The notes: generated from the letters alone by a model not told the origin. Positions 9,136-18,397 are shown, counted from the first letter of the stretch. The stretch: 64,000 nt of DNA from Patescibacteria group bacterium (GCA_041671325.1 JBAZBR010000001.1:89771-153770); one strand, 5' to 3'. Made by a program: numbers and translations.

Positions 9136-10334
9136 AAGGTGAAGGTCGAATCCCATTTTTTTTGACTAACCGTTATTTGCGGCACGGCAATAAATGGACT
9201 TTTGGGTTGATAGTTTTTCTGATGGCCGTGGCGTTCGTGAATTTGGTTTTTGTGGCTGCTTTATTTAACGGTATTATCGATAATGCTAATAAGCAGATTG
9301 TTAACACTTATACTGGCCATGTTTTTATTACGCCTAAAGCAGGTAGTGATTACATCGAAAATGTCGATCAAATTTTAAATACCATCAAATCTGTACCAAA
9401 TGTTAAAGCCGCCAGTTCGGAAATGTTAGTGCCAGGCAATTTGCAGTATAAAAATATTAAAGGCACCTGGCAGATTTTAGCAATCAATCCGGATTTGGAA
9501 AAGCAAGCAACTAATGTCTCGGAAAAAATGTCAGCAGGAAGTTATCTAGAGGCTAGTGATACGGACCAGATCATTATCGGCAGGCAAATAGCCGGAGGCG
9601 AGGGCGTGGAAATGGACGCATTTTCTTTTAAAGGCGCCCAGGTCGGCGAAAAAGTTTCTATAATAATTAATGGTGTAGCCAAGGAATTTACAATTAAAGG
9701 GATTTTTTATACTAAGTTTTTAGATGCTGACCAACGGGCTTTCATTACCAGCGCGGCCTTAGATAATTTGGTCCCAAATTTGAGAGACAAAGCCACTAGC
9801 ATTCTCATTCGGGCACAAAAAACTGGTCAAGAAAATCAGATTATTTCCAGTTTACAAGCCCAAGGCATTGTTGGCACATTTTTATCCTGGAAAGATGCAG
9901 CCGGCTTGATGTCCAGCGTCACCAACAGTTTTTTAAGTATTAATGTCATCATGTCCACGGTTGCAGTCTTGATTGCCGCGGTTACCATTTTTATAGTTAT
10001 TTACATTGATATTTCCAGTAAACGTCAGCAGATTGGGATTTTAAGGGCCATTGGCATTCGGCCTTATTTAATCCGCACTACGTATGTTTTGCAAACTTTA
10101 ATATATTCAGTTTCCGGCGTGCTTCTAGGTCTAATAATATTTTTTGCCGCTATTGTTCCATATTTTATTGCCCACCCTTTTGCATTGCCCATTGGTGATT
10201 CAGTCTTAGTAGTGGATGCGCTGGATATTAACATTCGGATATTAGCCATTATTTTAGTAGCGGTTTTATCCGGTCTTATCCCTTCAATCATGATAACCAG
10301 GTTAAAAATCCTGGATGCCATTTGGGGTAAATAA
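9132..10334 (+). CDS. FtsX-like/MacB-type ABC permease
   Basis: One N-terminal TM, large extracytoplasmic domain, QIGILRAIG motif, three C-terminal TMs. Confidence 0.88.
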   Translation: MKGEGRIPFFLTNRYLRHGNKWTFGLIVFLMAVAFVNLVFVAALFNGIIDNANKQIVNTYTGHVFITPKAGSDYIENVDQILNTIKSVPNVKAASSEMLVPGNLQYKNIKGTWQILAINPDLEKQATNVSEKMSAGSYLEASDTDQIIIGRQIAGGEGVEMDAFSFKGAQVGEKVSIIINGVAKEFTIKGIFYTKFLDADQRAFITSAALDNLVPNLRDKATSILIRAQKTGQENQIISSLQAQGIVGTFLSWKDAAGLMSSVTNSFLSINVIMSTVAVLIAAVTIFIVIYIDISSKRQQIGILRAIGIRPYLIRTTYVLQTLIYSVSGVLLGLIIFFAAIVPYFIAHPFALPIGDSVLVVDALDINIRILAIILVAVLSGLIPSIMITRLKILDAIWGK

Positions 10335-10569
10335 GTTGTCCACAGTCAAGAAGTTTTTGTATTAAGGTAAATGGGTTTTTCTTAACAAAAAACCTTTTTT
10401 TAATTTTCAATGCAGATCGATTAGTAGTAATATAAAAATATGAAAGGGCAAATTGCCACAAATAAAAGTCGACAAAAGCGATAACTAGCCCCGTGTTTTA
10501 AAACGCGGGTTTTTTGAAGATCTGAAAACCGAGAAAACTGAACTTTAAAAATAATTTCGGAGAGGAGGC

Positions 10570-11084
10570 TTGCCTTCGAAACTCAGAATTCGATAATTCC
10601 TTTAACGCCACCGCGCGTTAGTATCGTTCTGTACCACCCGGATGGTATCGAGGTAGATGGGAAATTATATCCACGGAAAACATTAGGGGATAAATGTTAT
10701 TTCTTTGACAATGTTTGGTACCAGACCGAAGAGGAAAAATGGGTCGCATATATGTTAAGCACCATGGGAATACGATTCCATCACCATGTTGCATTGCCAT
10801 GTAAGCGGCTTAATCGTGAACGTAAACAAAAAACTTGGCATCCCGATTTCGTTCTGGATTCACTTCAACGTTGGATCGATCCTGTATTTTATTCTGGCTC
10901 GGTTATTCTAGGTATTGAAGTCAAAAGAACCTTTGAAACATACGGGGAGGAAGCAGTTAGCAGTGCGCGTGATGTTCAACAAAATCTGGGTATTCCTGTA
11001 CTGATTATTAATCGTAAAAGGATTGAAAAATATCTGAGCCACAATGGTCGTCTTCCTCTTAAACCTTTGGTACGCGCCGCGTAA
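10570..11084 (+). CDS. PD-(D/E)xK nuclease-like protein; start uncertain, possible frameshift near the 5' end
   Basis: WHPDFVL...GIEVK motif; frame open from 10542 and includes YQTEEEKWVAYML upstream of the first ATG (10752); GAGGAGG at 10562-10568. Confidence 0.55.
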
Positions 11085-11148
11085 TTAATTTCCAAATCCT
11101 CGCATAATATAAGCGGGGATTTTTTAAAAACCTCTTTTCGCATTTTAA

Positions 11149-11385
11149 TTGACAATTATCAGAATCAGGATTATATTTAGACTTAATTGAAAATAAGCAT
11201 ATGATTTTACGCATTCCACAATTGCATATGGGTCAAAAAATTTCGCCAAAAAGCGGTCTCTTTTGTGTTACTAATGCTGACCGTTTTTATGGGTTTTTGC
11301 CTGCATGCAGTTTGGATATGCTTATGAATTAAACTAATTTTCTAAGCGAAGAATATCTCGGCTGCATCCAGGCCGAGATTTTTTG
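11149..11385 (+). promoter_or_regulatory. Promoter, 43-aa leader ORF and attenuator upstream of the MFS gene
   Basis: TTGACA-17-TATATT; ORF 11201-11332; terminator ATCTCGGC/GCCGAGAT plus T tract at 11355-11384; alternative pairing partner at 11299-11310. Confidence 0.7.
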
Positions 11386-11441
11386 TTTTTGATTAAGATT
11401 TTGGTTGTTCGTTAACAATTCAAAAAGAAAGGAAATAGATT

Positions 11442-12644
11442 ATGGATAAATTTCAAGCCAAAAGGAACTTAATCCTTTATGGGATTTTCCAAGCCTTGCG
11501 CGAACCGCTTTTCTGGGGCCCGATTATAATCCTTTACCTCCAGCAAATGGGCCACATGAGCCTTTCGAGTATCTACTTGGTGGAATCCATAACCATGTTG
11601 CTCTTGATCGTGTTACAAATCCCAACTGGCGCCTTGGCTGATTTACTAGGCAGGAAAAACACCATGATCATTGGCAGTATCTTGGTCGTGCTGGATAATG
11701 TGCTGTTTGCCCTAGTTGATTCCCTAGCCATGGTTTTGGTGGCCAATCTTGTCTGGGCAGTTGGCTTTGCTTTTGTCTCAGGCGCTGATTCTTCGTTCTT
11801 GTATGATACTTTGGCTGTAACCGGCGAAACTGAGAAGTACAAGAAAATTGAAGGCCGGACAACTGGCATCAGGTTATTGCTGATTGCTCTGACTTCAATT
11901 TTTGTAGGTTATTTGGCCAGCGTCAACTTACGTTTGCCAGTCTGGCTGGGTATTCCCGGAATGGTAATGGCTTTACTTGTCGTTTGCTTGATGAAAGAGC
12001 CGCCTAGACCAAAACATGTTAATGGAGAACCAGCTTATCGGCAGCATTGGAGCTTGATGAAGCTGAGTGTTCTGTTTGTGGCTAATAGTAAAAAGCTTAA
12101 GTGGATAATTGCTTACACGGTCTTGCTGGGAGTGATCGGCAAAGCTTGGTTCTTTACCTATAACCCTTACTTTGAAATGCTGAAATTGCCTTTACACTAC
12201 TATGGTTGGATTTTCTTTGCTGTAAACGTGGTGGCGGCAATTTTTAGTTATGGTTCAGATTGGCTGGCAAAAAAACTAACTGAAAAGACGAACGTGCTTG
12301 GTATGGTTATGCTAACTGGCGTGCCAATAATTCTCTTGTCAGCTTTGGTTTATTGGCCAATGGTAGTGTTGGTTCTGACCCAAAGCATGGTCAGGGGGCA
12401 TTTGCGGCCTTTCATGGGGCATTTCCTGCATGACCACCTAGATTCAGAAAACCGGGCAACTGTGGTTTCCATCCAAGCGGCAGTTGATGGTTTTGGGCAA
12501 TTCGCTTTTTTTGGGATTTTCGGCCTGGCTTTAAAAGCGATTAGTCTTACTACCACCCTGTTTGGGCTTGGGATGTTCAGCTTACTTCTTGGTGGGTATC
12601 TTTACGTGAAATATTTAAAGATATTCCACCCAAAAGCAAAATAA
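11442..12644 (+). CDS. MFS transporter
   Basis: QIPTGALADLLGRK motif A, FVSGADSSFLYDTL, RATVVS, about 12 TM segments. Confidence 0.92.
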   Translation: MDKFQAKRNLILYGIFQALREPLFWGPIIILYLQQMGHMSLSSIYLVESITMLLLIVLQIPTGALADLLGRKNTMIIGSILVVLDNVLFALVDSLAMVLVANLVWAVGFAFVSGADSSFLYDTLAVTGETEKYKKIEGRTTGIRLLLIALTSIFVGYLASVNLRLPVWLGIPGMVMALLVVCLMKEPPRPKHVNGEPAYRQHWSLMKLSVLFVANSKKLKWIIAYTVLLGVIGKAWFFTYNPYFEMLKLPLHYYGWIFFAVNVVAAIFSYGSDWLAKKLTEKTNVLGMVMLTGVPIILLSALVYWPMVVLVLTQSMVRGHLRPFMGHFLHDHLDSENRATVVSIQAAVDGFGQFAFFGIFGLALKAISLTTTLFGLGMFSLLLGGYLYVKYLKIFHPKAK

Positions 12645-12695
12645 GGATACCCCCTTATCAAATTTGGTAAGGGGGTTTCCCGGGAATATAACCCA

Positions 12696-12906
12696 TGTTA
12701 TATTAAATCTGCCCATGTAGTTAGGCTAACGGGCAAAAACAAACAGGAAGCCCATACAGAAAGGTCTGGGCAGTAATCATGAAACATAACAAGTACGGGG
12801 TCATGATCACCTAGAACCAAGCTGGTTGCTGCGATCCTAATTACTGGAACCCAGTAATTAAAAAATGACCCAACCCGCGGAATGCAAGTCATTCCCCGGG
12901 TTTTTT
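12696..12906 (+). ncRNA. Unit 1 of a tandem structured RNA / micro-ORF family (MKHNKYGVMIT*, 12779-12814)
   Basis: TGnTATATT -10 box, 5' hairpin, AGAAAGG, GGGGTCATGATCACCTAG block, terminator 12872-12906. Confidence 0.65.
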
Positions 12907-12952
12907 ATAACCCCAGTCCGTTCTATTCTCATTAGTAAAAAAAGAAAAATGA

Positions 12953-13192
12953 TGCTATTCTTAATTTGACTTTGTAGCCTAAAAGCGAACGAGGTCAGAA
13001 ACAAACAAACTGCCGAAGATGAGGATGTTAAAGAAAGGCAGGCTGTACTTTTATGAAACGTTTACTGAGTGGGGTCGTGATCGCCTAAATACAACTGGCA
13101 ACAAAGGCGTTAAATTACCATTAGCCGGTCGCCCGGACGGTAAGTCATCTTAACCCCGACCCGAGGGATGCAAGTCATTCCCCGGGTTTTTT
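12953..13192 (+). ncRNA. Unit 2 of the tandem structured RNA / micro-ORF family (MKRLLSGVVIA*, 13053-13088)
   Basis: TGnTATTCT -10 box, same block order, terminator nearly identical to unit 1 (ATGCAAGTCATTCCCCGGGTTTTTTATAA). Confidence 0.65.
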
Positions 13193-13204
13193 ATAATCAA
13201 AGAT

Positions 13205-13447
13205 TTGTCGTTAACAATATCTAATGTTATTCTTTTATTAGCCTCACGCAGTTGCGGTTCACGAGGCAGGAAACACGGCAGATGATAAACTGAGGAAAAA
13301 GAAAGGTCGGTGCCGTATGTTCAGATGCTATTTTTTGGAGGTCGTGATCGTCTAACTCGCCCAAAAAAATGACGTTAAATTATCGGAGTAGTAAACCGAT
13401 AGTCACGCAAGACCTCTCCCCTGGAAATACTTCCAGGGGATTTTTTT
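13205..13447 (+). ncRNA. Unit 3 of the tandem structured RNA / micro-ORF family (MFRCYFLEVVIV*, 13317-13355)
   Basis: TTGTCG-17-TATTCT promoter, same block order, terminator TCCCCTGGAA/TTCCAGGGGA plus T7. Confidence 0.65.
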
Positions 13448-13520
13448 AATTTGACTAATTTTCAAGCATCAGATAGGTTATTGTAAAAGCAGATTAACAC
13501 CAAAAGAGAAGGGAAGCATC

Positions 13521-13760
13521 ATGAATGAAAATGTTGGCTTTAATATCGGTGACAAAATCTTGATTATTTACGGTGGCGTTCAAGAAGCTAATGGCCAGGT
13601 GTTAACTATTCAAAACCGGGGCGGCAATACACATATAACTTTGGATTCAAACTATAACCTCCAAAGACCCGTTGGCTCTAATGGTCAATGGAGATTGTAT
13701 CATGACGGAACATTTTTAATATGTTGCACCATTAAAAAAGCCGAATCGCCAGCCAAATGA
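13521..13760 (+). CDS. Small hypothetical protein
   Basis: 79-aa ORF with purine-rich SD, TTGACT upstream and a terminator-like hairpin downstream. Confidence 0.6.
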   Translation: MNENVGFNIGDKILIIYGGVQEANGQVLTIQNRGGNTHITLDSNYNLQRPVGSNGQWRLYHDGTFLICCTIKKAESPAK

Positions 13761-13901
13761 TTTTTCTAAAAACCCCCAACACATTTTATGGTTGCGGGTT
13801 TTTTAATTGCAGGAATAATGATTTTTGGTTAATATATAAACATGAAATTTAGCTCTAGTCAAACCTTTAAGTTAGCCAAAAGGGGATTTTAATATTCGAT
13901 A

Positions 13902-14648
13902 ATGAGCAATCAAGACCCAACAAACAAAATTCATACCCTGTTAGTTTCCGATCTGCACTTAGGTTCACGCTTAAGCCGGGCTGAAGAATTTTATAATTTT
14001 TTAGCCAGCCAACAAATCACTAGGCATGAGTATAAATTCAACCAACTAATTTTACTAGGCGACATTTTTAATGATTTGAATTTTTCTAAATTTGGCAAAT
14101 TTGAATGGAAAATCATTGGACTTATCCGTCGGATAAATGACAGGCGGAGCAATGCAAAGGTAGTATGGATCCGGGGCAACCATGATAGCGCCATCGTGAA
14201 TTTAATGTCGCAATTAGTCGGCGTGGCCGTGCATGAAGAATTTTTGTGCCAGATTGGGGAAAAGAAATTTTTGGTAATGCATGGCGACCAATTTGACAAA
14301 TGGGTAAATGATTGGCCGTATCTCAGTAAAATTCCCACAAAAATTTATAATTTTATCCAGAAAGTTGATGGTAAAAGACATCATTTAAGCCGGTTCATCA
14401 AAGATAAAAGCAAAACCTGGCTCAGGATTAACAAGTCAGTAGCCGAAGGCATTATTAAATATGCTAAAGAAAAACAGTATCAAGTTGATGGGGTTTTATG
14501 TGGTCACACCCACATCTCTGAAAATTTTTTACAAGACGGAATAATGTATTACAACACTGGCTGTTGGACAGGCGAACACGATCCGACTTACATCAAAATT
14601 TCCCACACTGGTGAAGTGGAAATTAAAGAATACTTTTCGCCTAAATAA
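13902..14648 (+). CDS. Metallophosphoesterase (LpxH/calcineurin-like)
   Basis: VSDLHLG, LLGDIF, RGNHD, MHGD, CGHTH and NTGCW motifs. Confidence 0.9.
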   Translation: MSNQDPTNKIHTLLVSDLHLGSRLSRAEEFYNFLASQQITRHEYKFNQLILLGDIFNDLNFSKFGKFEWKIIGLIRRINDRRSNAKVVWIRGNHDSAIVNLMSQLVGVAVHEEFLCQIGEKKFLVMHGDQFDKWVNDWPYLSKIPTKIYNFIQKVDGKRHHLSRFIKDKSKTWLRINKSVAEGIIKYAKEKQYQVDGVLCGHTHISENFLQDGIMYYNTGCWTGEHDPTYIKISHTGEVEIKEYFSPK

Positions 14649-14741
14649 CTTTTCTTAGGTACTAATATTGACAGGAATATAGTTTTGTGCTAATTTATTG
14701 TATCAAAAAACAGATAAAACAAAACAAAAGGAAGGTATAAA

Positions 14742-15152
14742 ATGGTAGCTTTGGAAACTAAACCTCGGGAAAGTGCGTGGCAAGTAAGCAGGCCCCAATC
14801 ATTTTATCTGGCACAAGGGGTAATGTTTTTATTTGTTGGGCTTTTTATTGGCTTATTTATTGGCCCCATGCTGGTAGCTTTGACCCTGCTTAATGTGACA
14901 GCCGGAGTGAGTGCGAGTTTATCCATTGCCGTGTTATTTGGTTGGATTTTTGAAAGAGCAATGGGTTGTTATGGCTCCACTGCAAATTTCAGCTTTATGG
15001 ATCTTTGCACTATTCCTGGCTGCGTTGGTCTTGGAATATCGGCTTGGATAATTTTCCTGAGCCATGCAACTCATGTGTATTCCGCATTAGCAATGCTTCT
15101 TGTTTTACCGATCACCACTTGGTTGTGGTCGTTCCGTTACAAGCAAAGCTAG
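14742..15152 (+). CDS. Membrane protein (about 4 TM)
   Basis: Hydrophobic 136-aa ORF with SD, TTGACA promoter and terminator at 15164-15191. Confidence 0.7.
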   Translation: MVALETKPRESAWQVSRPQSFYLAQGVMFLFVGLFIGLFIGPMLVALTLLNVTAGVSASLSIAVLFGWIFERAMGCYGSTANFSFMDLCTIPGCVGLGISAWIIFLSHATHVYSALAMLLVLPITTWLWSFRYKQS

Positions 15153-15223
15153 ATACCAATCTTAAACCCGACCGTTTTGGCCGGGTTTTTTCTTTTTAGT
15201 TACGAATATACTAAAATACCTTT

Positions 15224-18200
15224 ATGGCCCTAATGTCATCTTTAAATCCTGCGCAAAAGCAGGCCATCACCCATAAAAGTGGGCCGCTCTTGATTGTAGC
15301 TGGGGCAGGCACGGGTAAAACCACGGTTATTACCCAGCGTTTGGCTTGGCTGATTTCTGATCAAAAAATCCAGCCTGACCATATTTTAGCCTTAACTTTC
15401 ACGGATAAGGCCGCGGGGGAAATGGAAGAGCGGGTGGATAAATTACTGCCCATGGGTTACGTGGATTTGTGGGTTTCCACTTTTCACGCTTTTTGCGAAA
15501 GGATTTTGCGGGATCATGCCTTGGATATTGGTCTGGTGCCGGATTTCAAGTTGCTGGATGAAACTGACCAAGCCATTTTGATGCGGGAAAATCTGGATAA
15601 GTTCGAACTGAATTATTACCGGCCTTTGGGCAATCCCACCAAATTCGTGGCCAGCCTGATCAAACATTTTTCCCGCTGCAAGGACGAAGCCATTCGGCCC
15701 GAGGAATATTTGAAATATGCGGAAAAATTAAAGTTAGATTTGGATCAGGTGCATGGTCCCGCCATAAATTCAAAGGCAAAACACCGGCGGGACGTCGCTC
15801 CACAAGAGGTTTCATCAAAAGAAGAAGGTGCACAAGTGGATCTCCGCCGAAAAAAGAAAACCGAAGATGAAACTGATCAGATTGTTGAATCGGAACGTAT
15901 TAATGAAATCGCCAACGCTTACCATACTTACCAGCAATTGCTTTTTGAAAAAGGTGCTTTGGATTTTGGCGATTTGATTACTCAAGCCTTGTATCTTTTT
16001 CAAAACCGGCCCAAAATATTAAATAAATACCGGAAGCAATTCGAATACATTTTGGTTGACGAATTCCAAGACACCAACTGGGCGCAATACGAACTGGTAA
16101 AAATTTTAGCCCAACCAGTTAACAATTTGACGGTAGTCGGGGATGATGACCAAAGCATTTATAAATTCCGCGGGGCATCGGTGGCCAATATCTTGGCTTT
16201 TAAAAAAGACTTCCCCAAGACCAAAGAAATTGTTTTGACTGAAAATTACCGTAGTACCCAAAACATTTTGGATTTGTCTTATGAATTCATCCAAAACAAT
16301 AACCCCAACCGCTTGGAGGTGCAGTTAGGTGGTAAAAAATCAGCCAAGAGTAAAAATCCTGGACCGATGATAAGTAAGAAATTACTTGCCCAAACCAAAG
16401 ATAAAGGCTTGATAGAATATTGGCTCATGCCCACTTTGGAACAGGAAGTTTTGGCCGTAATTGAAAAAATTCTGGAAATTAAAAAGTCTGGTAAAGAAAA
16501 AATATCTTACAATGATTTTGCCATTTTAGTTAGGGCTAATGACAGTGCCACGCCGATCTTCCAAAAATTAAAAGCCGTGGAAATCCCTTTCCAATTCTTG
16601 GCTTCGGCCGGGTTATACCGCCAACCGATTATTTTGGATATTTTGAATTACCTTAAGCTCTTGGGTAATTACCACGAAACCCCAAGCCTGTATCGGCTTT
16701 TGACCTTACCAATCTTAAAAATTCCTTTGCCCGATGTCATGACTTTAATGGCCATGGCCAGGCGGGAAACCAAGTCACTTTACGAGATTGTCCAATCCGC
16801 CAGGTTTTTAAATGGCCTTAAGCCCGAAACCGTAATTGGCATTGATAAATTACTGGCTTGGCTGGCAAAGCATGCGCAAATGGCCCGGACCCAACCTATC
16901 GGTGAAGTGGCTTTGAAATTTTTGGAAGATTCTGGTTTGTTGAAAAACGTCACCAGCAAAACCGATACTGAACATTTGGAACAGGTAAATTATGTCAATC
17001 AACTTTTTCAAATTTTTCATAATTTCCAAATCCGGCATGCTGAACCCACAGTCGGGAATTTTTTGAAAGAATTAGCTTTTGCCCAAGAAGCCGGGGACAG
17101 CGGCAGTCTGAAACCGCCAGAATGGGAACAAGGACCCGAAGCCGTAAAAATCATGACTGTGCATGGCTCCAAAGGTTTGGAATTTCCCTATGTTTTTATC
17201 GTAAATTTGGTCGACAAAAGATTCCCAACCATTGAAAGGCGAGAGGCAATTGAATTGCCAGTTGACCTAGTCAGGGAAAAGTTGCCAGAAGGGGATTGGC
17301 ATTTGCAGGAAGAACGACGTTTATTTTATGTCGGTATTACCCGAGCCAAACAAGGTGTATTTTTCACCGGGGCTGAAGATTATGGCGGTACACGCAAGAA
17401 AAAGCCCTCTCGGTTTATGGAAGAATTAGGCCTTACACCAAAAGCCTTTAAATTAAAATCAAATTTATTAGTAAAGCCCGAAAACGGTCCAAGCAAACCA
17501 GAGAATAATTTGGAGTTATTGCGCAAAATCATGCCCCCGTATTTCAGTTTTACTCAATTGAAAGCTTTTGAAAAATGCCCCAAGCAATACAAATACGCGC
17601 ACCTTTTAAAAATTCCAACCCCAGGCAAAGCCTCTTTCAGTTTTGGCCAAACCATTCACACCACACTTTTAAATTTTTTCAAATTGGTCAAAGAACGGGC
17701 TAATGCCGGCCAGCAGGATTTGTTCGGCAACCAAGTCGATAAAAAAACTGAAAGCCAAGAACCTTTAGTCAGCTGGTCAGAATTACAGCAGGTTTATCAA
17801 GGCGCTTGGATTGATTCTTGGTATGAAGATGCTCAACAAAAGCAGAAATATAAAAAACGGGGTATTGAATTCTTGAAAAGATTTTATGACAGTTTGCCCA
17901 CACCTTGGCCCAAACCGATTGATTTGGAAAAGGGTTTTACCATCACCATCAATGGTCAAATGTTAAAGGGTAAGATTGACCGGATTGATGCCGTGTCTGG
18001 TGGTATTGAAATAATTGATTATAAAACTTCAGAAAGGCCGCCGGAAGAGGAAAAGGATGCGGAGTTGGAACAGTTGCATATTTACGCCATGGCAGCCAGG
18101 GAAGCCTTGAAATTAAATCCAGTTAAACTTACTTATATTTATCTAGCCATAGAAAAACCATATTCTTACGAAGTTGACGAAAAAGCCATTGAAAAAACCA

Positions 18201-18322
18201 AGGCGGAAATTTCTGAAACAATTACAGAAATATTGAAAAGTGATTTTGTGGCGACACCCGCTAAGCACGTTTGCGTTCATTGCGACTTTCAGGGAATTTG
18301 CGAAGATAGATGGAGGGGATAG
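15224..18322 (+). CDS. UvrD/PcrA-family helicase fused to a C-terminal PD-(D/E)xK nuclease with Fe-S cysteines (AdnAB/AddAB-like)
   Basis: AGAGTGKT, LVDEFQD, VGDDDQSIY, MTVHGSKGLEF, EERRLFYVGITRAK; C-terminal CP...GKIDRID...IIDYKT...CVHCDFQGIC. Confidence 0.92.
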   Translation: MALMSSLNPAQKQAITHKSGPLLIVAGAGTGKTTVITQRLAWLISDQKIQPDHILALTFTDKAAGEMEERVDKLLPMGYVDLWVSTFHAFCERILRDHALDIGLVPDFKLLDETDQAILMRENLDKFELNYYRPLGNPTKFVASLIKHFSRCKDEAIRPEEYLKYAEKLKLDLDQVHGPAINSKAKHRRDVAPQEVSSKEEGAQVDLRRKKKTEDETDQIVESERINEIANAYHTYQQLLFEKGALDFGDLITQALYLFQNRPKILNKYRKQFEYILVDEFQDTNWAQYELVKILAQPVNNLTVVGDDDQSIYKFRGASVANILAFKKDFPKTKEIVLTENYRSTQNILDLSYEFIQNNNPNRLEVQLGGKKSAKSKNPGPMISKKLLAQTKDKGLIEYWLMPTLEQEVLAVIEKILEIKKSGKEKISYNDFAILVRANDSATPIFQKLKAVEIPFQFLASAGLYRQPIILDILNYLKLLGNYHETPSLYRLLTLPILKIPLPDVMTLMAMARRETKSLYEIVQSARFLNGLKPETVIGIDKLLAWLAKHAQMARTQPIGEVALKFLEDSGLLKNVTSKTDTEHLEQVNYVNQLFQIFHNFQIRHAEPTVGNFLKELAFAQEAGDSGSLKPPEWEQGPEAVKIMTVHGSKGLEFPYVFIVNLVDKRFPTIERREAIELPVDLVREKLPEGDWHLQEERRLFYVGITRAKQGVFFTGAEDYGGTRKKKPSRFMEELGLTPKAFKLKSNLLVKPENGPSKPENNLELLRKIMPPYFSFTQLKAFEKCPKQYKYAHLLKIPTPGKASFSFGQTIHTTLLNFFKLVKERANAGQQDLFGNQVDKKTESQEPLVSWSELQQVYQGAWIDSWYEDAQQKQKYKKRGIEFLKRFYDSLPTPWPKPIDLEKGFTITINGQMLKGKIDRIDAVSGGIEIIDYKTSERPPEEEKDAELEQLHIYAMAAREALKLNPVKLTYIYLAIEKPYSYEVDEKAIEKTKAEISETITEILKSDFVATPAKHVCVHCDFQGICEDRWRG

Positions 18323-18326
18323 TTTA

Positions 18327-18397
18327 CCCCGCCCAAACCCTCCCCTTACTAAGGGGAGGAGTTTTCGGAACTAGCCCTCCAGGGGGTTAGGGGGAGG
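18327..18397. repeat. CCCTCCCC/GGGGAGG palindromic element
   Basis: CCTCCCCTT-ACT-AAGGGGAGG hairpin plus GGGGGTTAGGGGGAGG arm. Confidence 0.6.

Noticed and set aside
12696-13447. CRISPR array, or tmRNA/pistol/twister/glmS ribozymes
   Set aside because: Units are ~250 nt apart, diverged and individually terminated, with no cas genes; only isolated words (ACTGGCAAC, CGTTAAAT, ACGAGG) resemble those RNAs and the topology does not fit.
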